From Octopus bimaculoides (Eukaryota), in contig NC_068986.1 in assembly GCF_001194135.2 (NCBI RefSeq), positions 5,943,378 to 6,007,204 of the forward strand: a stretch of DNA of 63,827 bases. Reading direction: 5' to 3'. The position numbers and the translations under genes were made by a program. The notes beneath the pieces were generated by a model. That model searched no databases and had not been told where the DNA came from. It saw only the letters and a program-made list of their open reading frames with translations. Below are positions 53,710 to 63,827 of this stretch, one piece after another; position 1 is the stretch's first letter, and each line of letters begins with the position of its first letter.

Positions 53710-54570
53710 CTTGCCAGTTTTACAGGATATATCAGTGAAGTGGTCAAAATGGGTCAGTCTATGTTTTACAGGGGCCAAAATGTGTCAGTCTGTGAAACAG
53801 AATTGGATCTTACCAGCTTTCACTGGGGTCATCAGTGAAACAGAGTCTGTTAGTTTTACTGGGGTCAACAGTCAGGTGGTCAATCAAGCTGGTTAGATCC
53901 TGTCAGTTCAGGGAGGTGGTGTTAACAGTCAAGAGGTCAATAAATGTCGGTTTTTATTGGGGCCAATAATCAGGTGGTCAGTACCCCCTCCCTCATCAGA
54001 TCCTGTCAGTTTAACTGGGTCCAATGGTTGGCTGGTCAATAAAACAGACCTTGCTAATTTTACTGAGGTCAACAGGTGGCTGGTCCATAAAATAGTCAGC
54101 CCATACCAATTTTGTTGGAGGCAACAGTTGGGTGGTCAATCAAACTATTTAGACCCTGCTTGAATTTTTACTGGAAGTAGGGCAGTCAGTAAAACAGATC
54201 CTGTCAATTTTATTGAGGCCAAGAGTAGAGTGGCTAATAAAGCAGTTAGATCCTGTCAGTTTTTATTAGGGGTGATAGTGAGATTGGAAGTCACATCGTT
54301 ATATCCTGTTAGTTTTTACTGGGGTCAACAGTCAGTTAGTTTTGCTAGTTTTACTGAGGACAGCTGTCTGGCGGTCGGTTAATAGAACAGTCGGACCCTA
54401 CTAGTTTTACTGGTGCCAACAGTTAGATGGTCAATCAAACTGTTAGATCTTGCCAGTTATACTGAAGCCAACAGTAGGATGGCCAATAAAAAAGACCCTG
54501 CCAGTTGTACTTCGGCCAACAGTCAGGAAGTCTGTAAAACAGTTAGGTCCTACCGGTTCTACCAACCGGG
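53710..54570 (+). repeat. Diverged ~48-54-bp minisatellite, roughly 16-17 units
   Basis: Eye consensus gatcctgtcagttttactggggccaacagtcaggtggtcaataaaacag(tta). Confidence 0.85.
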
Positions 54571-54615
54571 GCCAGCTTTGTGTAGCAGTAACCAATAAAA
54601 AATATTGATGAGACT

Positions 54616-54950
54616 AGTGAAGGCATGTGGCTTAGTGGTTAGGGTATTTGGCTCACAATTGTAATGTGCTGAGTTTGATTCTCAGCGGTACATTGTATCC
54701 TTGAGCAAAACACTGTATTTTATGTTGCTCCAGTCCATTTAGCAGGCAAAAATGAGTTGTATAAAGCAATTCAAAAGGACCAGCCTTGTCACATCCCGTG
54801 TCACATTCACATTCAGTCTCCCTGAAAACTATGTTATGGCTACGCATGTTTGTGTAGTGTTCAGCCAGTGGCCCATTAATTTCACGAGCAGGCAGTTCTG
54901 TTGATTGGATCAATTGAACCCACGTTCTTGTGACTGATGGAGTGCCAGTT
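54616..54950 (+). mobile_element. Older SINE sharing the family C 3' half but with a different tRNA-like head
   Basis: cagccttgtcaca..aatttcacgagcaggc..ggagtgcca is shared with 62611-63007; the head contains ccttgagcaaaacact. Related heads at about 25372, 46800-46945 (-), 60920 and 61460-61615 (-). Confidence 0.7.
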
Positions 54951-55989
54951 TCAGTTTTTTCAATCGATGAGACTTAAATTAGTGTTTGTATGTTTGGCTC
55001 AATAGAATATTATTGTTTCACTGGCCTTTTAGTTATGGCTGCCTTTTGGGGATAAATGTTGTATGGATTAAAAGATAGAACGCAATTGTTTAGGTGATGT
55101 CTTCTCCATTGTAGCATCTACTGTTGTCCTCTCCATCCCCATTTTTCTGATGATGTTGTTGGTAATTTTTTGTATTGTTGGTGGTGAACATGAAATAAAA
55201 AAGAAATTCAAATCTACTGAAGTGATTTGATGATAAGTCAAACAATTCAAAAGCGGTGTATACTGGTAAATTCATTTGCTGTGAGGAAGAGAGGTCTAAT
55301 GTTTAGGGCAACGCTTTTGTCAGATGAAACATAATGTGCAAATTGTTAGATTTGTCTGATTTTGAAGTGTTTATAATCCTCAATTGCTGTCCCAAACCAT
55401 CTCTAGTTTCTTTTTTTTTTTTTTTTATCAAATCCTACTGTTTTCTTTAATATTAGGTCAACTTGACAGGGAATCTCTTTCCCCAAGATACGAAAAGTTC
55501 AAAGAAAAAGTTATTATGACTCAAACCTGAAATAAATTCAGCTCAAGGATTTGGCTTGCTAAAATTTTATCATGTCTCTGTAGTATTTGCACAAACAAAC
55601 ACATATGTAAGGAGTATTTACTTCTTAACATATTATCTCGTATATTTTTGTTCAGAGATGTCTAGTAAATATATATTTGAAGGAAAATATGCATTCACTG
55701 TTCTCTGAAGTATCCGTCTCTTATTTTTAACCTGAAATACTTCATTCATGATGTTATTCCCATTTTCTATCATTAATTAGCAGTAATTATCCTTTGTATC
55801 AGTAACTTAATTATAAATCATAGCGATCCAAAATAATTTGTGTACTTATTCTTCTTTATATACAAATTCAAAATAAATAATAAAAAAATTATATTTTTTA
55901 CATGAAAATTGACAAAAAATATGTGTAAAGCGGTTATAACTGCAGTATTTTCATGGTAAAAGGACTTCCTTATTACATATTTACATAAA

Positions 55990-56430
55990 GTGAAGGCCTG
56001 GCTGTGTGGTAAGAAGCTTAATTCACAACCACATGGTTCTGGATTCAGCCCCACTGTGTGGCACCTGGGTTGAGTGTCTTCTATTACAACTTTGGACAGA
56101 CTGAGCCTTGTGAGTGGATTTGGCTGACAGACTGTAAAGATGCCTATCGTGCATGCACGTGTGTATATGTGTGTCTTTGTTTGGCTCTCACCAACTGGTG
56201 TTTGTGTGTTTACATCCCTGTATCTTAGTGGTTGACAGCTGGTGTTGGTGTGTTTATGTCCCTGTAACTTAGTGGTTTGGCAAATGATACTGATAGAATA
56301 GGTACTAGGCTTAACAAAAAAGAAAAAAATAAGTACTGGTGTCAATTCATTTGACTACAAAAAATTCTTCAAGGTAGTGCTCCAGCATGGCTGCAATCTA
56401 ATGACAGAAACAAGTGAAAGATAAAAGAAA
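55990..56430 (+). mobile_element. SINE family A1
   Basis: Colinear with 9093-9522. Confidence 0.85.
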
Positions 56431-58738
56431 TGTGTAAGGTGTGTTAAAATTCATCTATTGACACTTATTGAGACAGTGAAATAAATTTAGATCAAATATT
56501 ACCAAATCATTACTAGAGTAGGGTTCACAATTCAATGATTGGCTTCAGAGAGCAGGTATGGTGGCTATGTTGTTAACAAGTTTCCTTTGTAAGTATATTG
56601 GCATTGTACAGCATGTGTGTGTGCTACTGTAATATTTTCAATGTTCCAGTATTTTAGACGAGTGTCCTCTACTGTAGCCTTGGATTGACCAAAGCCTTGT
56701 GAGTAAAATTTGGTAAATAGGAACTGTGTGGAAGCCCAGTGGAGAGAACAGTTTTTATTTTTCTTTATAGTTGTAGACTTAATCTGTCACTTAGATTAAT
56801 GCCATTACTTGGCCATTGGATGCCTTTCACCGAATCTACTCTGTTGCAAGTATTTAACTGGGTCTCTTGGTCTGAGAATGACTTCCTCTCATCTTCACAT
56901 TCATTATAGAGGCTCTGAAAAGAGTCATTCATTGTTCCTCTGACTAAGCCTTGAAAAAAAACAAAAAACAATAAAAGAAAAAAGAAAAAATCTAATTAAT
57001 TGTGAGCAGGAAATTTACAGCATTACAGGACACTTGTCTTGGTAGTTATATTACCTATAATTTTGGCTGTCTATATCAAGAACCTAATAGCTTATTGGAA
57101 GAACAGAGGATATCTTGCAGGCTATGAATTACCAAGAACAGAAGAAGAGTTACGTATAAACCCTGGCTGAATAGACAGGTGGAGATAGCTGAATTGTTTG
57201 AGTATTAGAATGATTAACTTATAGTTCTAACTTTGGTTATTTTAACATTCTCAGTCTGAATCTTGGAAGGATTTTAACCTCATTTTTGGTTTCTGTAATA
57301 TTGCCTGAGCTAAAAAAACTGTGTTGTGTTTACTTTCCTGATGAATATTATGCCTTGGAGCTTTTCATTTCAAAGTTTAACTGAAAAAAAAGTGTTCCAT
57401 TATTGAAAAGCAGGTATGAGTTGGCGACATGAAGAACATTCAGCCTCAAAATAAGTATTTGTTAAAACTATGCTGGCATAGAAAATGGACGTAAAATGAA
57501 CAAATGAACTTTACAAAAAGCTAAACATCCTAGACAAAAGTCAGTGAATAACATTTTTCAAAGTTGGTGCTAGTTACATTAGCTACATGGAATGTAAGAG
57601 ATCTAGATTGTTTCTGTTAGAAAATGTGTTAGTAGACTACTAACTTAAGAAACAAGTGTATCTGTTATATGAAAGTATCATCAGAAACAGGTCTCTATAC
57701 AATATTTCAAATGCTGATGAGTAGGAATAAATTCAATAGTGTTACCATTATCTTGAATATATAAACATGTGTTCAGGTTGTGTATTATCATCAAATACTA
57801 TCAGGAATATATACACATCTGTTTTGAATATTGTTATCAATTCTCTCAACTGGCATTGTTGAATTCTATGAGAAAAATGAAAAAAACGTTTATACATACT
57901 CACCTCTCCCTCCCCACCTCTCTCTCTCTATATATATATGCTTATTTATTTATTAGATTGTGGGAAGAGTGTAGTCTAGTTTCCACAATCTACATGAGTT
58001 AATCATTAACTGTTGTGTAAAGGGATTAATTAGTTTAATCATCTCTTAATTTATCATACTGAATCACAATCATCCCTTTTCTTCCTTAAAATAAGCTAAA
58101 AGAATGGTTCTCTAGACACATATTTCCTCAAAATAAATTCTAAAACTAACCTTTCAACTTTTAAGTGAAAGTCTTTTGGTAAAGCAAAAGATTAAGCTTT
58201 CAGGTGTCACTTGGAGTGATTTTTACCTTTCATGTACAAGCTTTGATTCATTTGACTAAATCCTCTCTCTTCCCACTTTATTACCATCCTGTTATGTAAC
58301 CATTGACCCAGTAAATATCTTTTCATTTGTCATAACATAGTAACTAAATTGTAAAACATTTCAAGTTCCATTGTACCTTGCCCCATTCAATAAAACAATG
58401 CTTTATGGCTTCTATTGATACAGAGAAAATTCTCTTTTTATTCTGAGAAGGACTAATGATATTTAGTAATATCTGCCTCAATAAACACTGCAAGCTGCAT
58501 ATTTTTTGTCCATTTCCTGGTTAGAATGACTTTTTCTGTTCAACTTTTTTCTCAGGTTTTAGATAAAATAGGTAAATTATGAAAGCTCGTGTATGTGGCT
58601 AATTCCAGTAGTTACTGACTGACTGAAGTTTTTAACTTTATGAAATGAAAAGAAAAATAGATTTAATTGCTTGTTGTGGTAATGAACTTTATGTTTTATA
58701 TTACCTATTTCTGGCAATATGAGCCAGCAAGAAATGTG

Positions 58739-59071
58739 GCCGTTGCCAGTACCGCCTGTGGCCTTCATAGGATTTTTGAGTGAGATCGTTGCCAGTGCCC
58801 CTGGACTGGCTCTTGTGCAGGTGGCACATAAAATACACCATTTTGAGTGTGGCCGTTGCCAGTACCGCCTGACTGGCCTTCGTGCGGGTGACACGTAAAA
58901 GCACCCACTACACTCTCTTAGTGGTTGGCGTTAGGAAGGGCATCCAACTGTAGAAACTCTGCCAAATCAGATTGGAACCTGGTGTTGCCATCCGGTTTCA
59001 CCAGTCCTCAGTCAAATCGTCCAACCCATGCTAGCATGGAAAGCAGACGTTAAACGACGATGATGATGATG
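58739..59071 (+). mobile_element. Short 5'-truncated RTE copy (3' UTR only) with 10-bp TSD
   Basis: TSD aagaaatgtg at 58729-58738 and 59072-59081; two to three array units plus the tail homologous to 22900-23320; (GAT)n end. Confidence 0.88.
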
Positions 59072-61697
59072 AAGAAATGTGTCCTTGAGTGGTATTTTAT
59101 CTGTGTGTGTGTGTGTGTGTGTGTGTGCATGTGCATGCATGCACATACACGGGCACAATGTTGGGAAAAGTATTGAAACAACAGAAATCGAAAAAGATAA
59201 TTACCATCTCAGTGATCAGCTGAAATGGTAGTGTTGGACCAAATCTCTTGTACCATTTATTAGTATATCTTATTGCATTCTGAGTTGAAATCAAGTGATT
59301 GGTGTTGATAAAGTCAAATCTGTTCAATTAAATCATACCTTTTCCACAAAATCTATGCTATTCAACTGAAGTTAGAAATCATTATTATTAGCTCAATTGT
59401 CTTGTTTGGAAACTGACCATTGCATTCACATGCACTTCTGACAGTCAGTCACATCAGTTGATTGCTTCCCAAACTTTCTCTTTTAATTTCATTAATTGTC
59501 ATGGGGATAAAAGTCAGAAATATTTTTGCCAGAATATGAAAACATTGCAAACGAAAGGCAACAATAGTACCGACCTACCATTTATGTATTAAAGTACTAG
59601 TAACTTTCATGAACAAAATTGCATTGGTCATGGGTTTCATTAAATATTGCTGTTGTTGTTTAGCTGTAGATCAGACTTGGTTAAGCAGGTTAAAAGCATT
59701 CTAGACGTGACCATTTCATTTTTCTATTATTTTTTTAAAATCTAGAACAACATTGTCCTATGCATCGATCTCACCTCTTTTTCAAGATGTGAGATTTTGA
59801 AGGAGATTTGGCTGTTGTTTCTAGCAGGTTGAGCAACCAAGTAAATGTTTGCTCAGCTCATTGTTGATTGGTCTTTTAAGCATAACTTAATCAAAGGTTT
59901 TACATAACATAATGAAGGAAGAATTTAATTTAAATACATAAGCATTTTAAAAGCAGACGATTCTGCATTGTTGAACCAGTGGTAGTCTCAAGTTGGGTTG
60001 ATGTTAAGAAATTACTTGTAAAAATATGAGGAAGATTTTACTCAGTATTGCTTTTTCTTGACTAATTTACACTAATTTACAAAGTGAAATTATTGAAGAC
60101 AATTAGAAATCTGCTACAAAATATTTTGAAACAAACCTAGCATGCATAATTGTACATGCATTTATCAATATCTTAATACTGTCACAACAAAATGCCCCTG
60201 ATGCAATTTGTAGAGTGGTTAGCAAGTGTAACAGAGAAAACATAAGGTTGAGAGGTTCCTGTTGAGGACTTTGCAGCCTCTCTGGTGCTGGCACCATGAT
60301 AACATGCACTTAGTACACTCTGTAAAGTGGTTGGCAAATACACAGAGAAGATGTAGGGTGAAGAGGATACTTCTGTCTTGTCTTTTCATGGAAATGATGG
60401 CTTCTTTGGGGCTGCAATAAAATGTAAAATGGTTAGCGATATGAAGGGCATCTAGATGTAGAAACCACACCAAAATGAAATGTACAAGTGTTGGTCTATG
60501 AGACAGTGACATCCAGTTAGAACTGACCAGGAATGTTGACCCATCCAACCCAAATGCCAGCAAAGAGAGCAGATGTAAAAATGATGATGATGATGATTCT
60601 GCTTAAGATTCAGCAGCACAAACCCCCAGTGGAGTTTTTCATGAGTTACTTGGCAACCTCACAAGTGCTGGTGTCAGAAAAAAAAAGCACTGAGTACATT
60701 CTATAAAGCAGATGGTGTCAGGAAGGGTCTCTAGCCATAGAAACCATACCAAAGCAAACATTAGAGCTCAATGCAGTCCTCCAGTGCATTGGATCCTATG
60801 AAACTGTCCAATCCATGCTGGTATAGAAGACAGATGGTAGATGAGGAGAATGCTGATGGTGATGTTATGCTAGGTGTGCTATAATATACCAGTTATACAA
60901 TATGTTGCATACTACATTAGTGATTAGAGCATTGGGCTCACAATCATGAAGTAATGAGTTCGATTCTTGGACTGGGCTGTGTGTTGTGTTCTTGAGCAAG
61001 CCACTTCATTCAGCTGTAGAAATGAGTTGCAACATCACTGGCGCCAAGCTGTATTGGCCTTTGCCTTTCCCTTGGGTAACATCAGTGGTGTGGAGAGAGG
61101 AGGCTGGTGTGCCTGGGCGACTGCTGGTCTTCCATAAACAACCTTGCCTGGACTAGGTAATCCCATGGTCATTCATGACCAAGGTGGGTGGGGGTCCCCT
61201 TTCTTACATCTATTATATACCAGATATATAATATATTGCATACAAGACATATACCAGACATAGTAAATATAATATACTAGATACAGTATCTACTGGACAT
61301 AGTCTGTATTATGTACCACGTATGATGCTTTTCCTAATTGTTATAGGTGACTATGACTATGTAGTCATGAGCACACATAGACACTCTTGGTCCTTTCACC
61401 TCTTACCTAGTGGAACATTCAGAATGCAACAGTTGGAGGGAGAGAGGGGGTAATGTGCCAGTATCTCTAACTGGTACTCATTTCAACTGAGTAACTGGGA
61501 GCAATGTAAAATGAAGAACCGTACTCAAGGATGCAACATGCCATCTGGTCCAGAAATTAAACACACAACCTTACGAGCATGAAGTTGTGAGCTCCATGCA
61601 GTGACCATTACTTCACATGTTTTCACATCATCATATTAAGGGGCAACTGGTTTTTTACTGACTTTTCCCCTTTGTTGCTATATATATATATATATAT

Positions 61698-61830
61698 NNN
61701 NNNNNNNNNNNNNNNNNNNNNNNNNNNNNNNNNNNNNNNNNNNNNNNNNNNNNNNNNNNNNNNNNNNNNNNNNNNNNNNNNNNNNNNNNNNNNNNNNNNN
61801 NNNNNNNNNNNNNNNNNNNNNNNNNNNNNN
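61698..61830. other. Assembly gap after (TA)n
   Basis: N-run. Confidence 0.99.
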
Positions 61831-61919
61831 ATTTAAATGGATGACTGACTAAATAAGTTATTCCCAGCACATCAGTAACAAAAAAATACCATCAGTGGAA
61901 AGTTTCTGTTGCTGACATT

Positions 61920-61958
<39 letters not shown>

Positions 61959-62139
61959 ACATACTTTACTCTTTTGTCCCATTTCACCTGGCTGATGTAA
62001 AGCTGACAGTTCATCTGGGAAAATCCCATTCAAGTGAAGATTTGACGCATTTGCATAAATGTTTCAGTAATGACATTGTGTTTACAAACATTTTATTATT
62101 TTTGGGGTTTGGTATTTGAATCTCATTAATTATATCTCT

Positions 62140-62222
62140 TCCTATCTTTTTTGTTTTCTGTCTCTCACATACTCTTTCTCTCTCCCTCTCTCCATACACA
62201 TATTTATGAATATATCTATTTT

Positions 62223-62259
<37 letters not shown>

Positions 62260-62296
62260 GTCTCTCTCTGTCTGTCTGTCTGTCTCTCTCTGTCTC

Positions 62297-62331
<35 letters not shown>

Positions 62332-62332
62332 G
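62140..62332. repeat. (CT)n/(CTGT)n microsatellite
   Basis: Direct reading. Confidence 0.9.
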
Positions 62333-62610
62333 TGAATAAATAAATAAAAGCAAAAATGAGCAAAGAGAAATAACTTAAAGTGGCCAGTGGCATATATTTG
62401 AGAAGTATAGACAAATAGAGGTGTATCAAATACCATACTATATACGTTCTTGATTTATTAAAACTATCTCCACCCCTAGATGATGTATCATAATTATCAA
62501 ATGGCAATTATGACCAGCTTCACTCCAAAAGAGGAGATAATCTCAAGAATCAAGAATTCTCCAAAGCTGACATGCTAGTGTGGAAAAGGACAGGCTTATA
62601 ACCTGGAGAT

Positions 62611-63007
62611 GTGGAGCTGCAATGGCCCAGTGGTTAGGGCAGTGAACTCGCAGTCATAGGATCGCAGTTTCGATTCCCAGACCGGGCGTTGTGAGTATTT
62701 ATTGAGCGAAAACACCTAAAGCTCCACGAGGCTCCGGCAGGGGATGGTGGCGAACCCTGCTGTACTCTTTCACCACAACTTTCTCTCACCACAACTTTCT
62801 CTCACTCTTACTTCCTGTTTCTGTTGTGCCTGTAATTCAAAGGGTCAGCCTTGTCACACTGTGTCAGGCTGAATATCCCTGAGAACTACGTTAAGGGTAC
62901 ACGTGTCTGTGGAGTGCTCAGCCACTTGCATGTTAATTTCACGAGCAGGCTGTTCCGTTGATTGGATCAACTGGAACCCTCGACGTTGTAAGCTACGGAG
63001 TGCCAAC
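62611..63007 (+). mobile_element. tRNA-headed SINE family C with 13-bp TSD
   Basis: TSD ataacctggagat at 62598-62610 and 63008-63020; A box tggcccagtggttag and B-box-like gtttcgattcc. Confidence 0.92.
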
Positions 63008-63827
63008 ATAACCTGGAGATAAGAGCACTCACTAATCAGCATGACAATTGCCTGGCCTTATCTCCAGTAAAGAGACTTAGACTTATACAAAAAAGAAAAA
63101 GAGTAAACTTTTTGTCATACATATATTTGTGTATAAGAAAGCTAATCTCAGATATAGAAAAATAATGGAAAGTTTTAAATGCTAATATCTTTCCTTCTTC
63201 ATGTTGTCATTAATACTGATGCCTTCATCATATTCTTCATTGTTTTAACATGTTTTTCCATTGTGGTGCGAGTTGAAAAGTATATACTACTCTGGTCCCC
63301 GTTCTTCTGAATCTTTTGTCACCACATCTGCCAAATGAAATATCTTCAGCTCTGACTTCACCTTTTTGTGGCCATAATTATGCAATATATCAGACAGTGA
63401 ATATCAATCACTTTTTAAAATAAACAATATTTTTCCATTGTCAAACCAGTGTTTCGAACATTACAATTTTGATAGAAGGCTTAAATTTAAATACCTAATT
63501 CAATAAAATAGGTTTTGTGTCATAGAACCAAAAGAAGTCTGTCTTCAACTTAAGCACCCACCACCACCACCACCACCACCATTACTGAGTCTGCATTGCT
63601 CCTTCACATTTCATGTCCAAACCAATGCAGTTGTCTTTTCTGCAAACATCTGCCTCTGATCTCCAGCTGTAGACACAGGTTGGAATAATAGTACTAATTT
63701 TTTTTACTATCATTTTTTTACTTACAAAGTGCTTTTCAATACATGCACACATACACATAGTTGTAGTAATGTCATTGCTGAGTAAACATACCTGTCAATG
63801 GGTTGGCATTAGCTTCTCCCCCCCCCC

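Noticed and set aside
55290-55335. Third hammerhead-like motif on the minus strand (CTGACAA...TAAACATTAGAC)
   Set aside because: Two invariant core positions are mutated and helix II pairs poorly; at best an unrecognisable relic.

Overview
AT-rich, microsatellite-dense animal genomic DNA with four assembly gaps. The repeat families look like those of Octopus (coleoid cephalopod); this is from my recall, not a database search. Almost all ORFs in the supplied track are artefacts of microsatellites, N-runs or decayed transposons. The only host coding sequence I can support is two short phase-0 exons on the + strand, 3731-3817 (DDSEEYDSKLDLEELLNLETDSERRCYAM) and 42772-42813 (KMLENPKQPPAVVE). They are separated by a 38,954-nt GT-AG intron and together resemble the C-terminal half of a PPP1R14 / CPI-17-family protein phosphatase 1 inhibitor. 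The rest is intron filled with tRNA-headed SINEs, RTE, L2/CR1-group and Penelope-like remnants, piggyBac-, hAT- and mariner-type MITEs (one nested in another), minisatellites and a young 232-bp duplication. The most interesting non-coding signals are two hammerhead-ribozyme-like motifs. One has an intact catalytic core and an enlarged helix II (41470-41595, +). The other is decayed and sits with a tRNA-like Pol III cassette at the 3' end of a Penelope GIY-YIG remnant (44890-45607, -). I found no CRISPR array, rRNA, intact tRNA, intact transposase or prokaryote-type system, and I cannot claim a new biological system from sequence alone.
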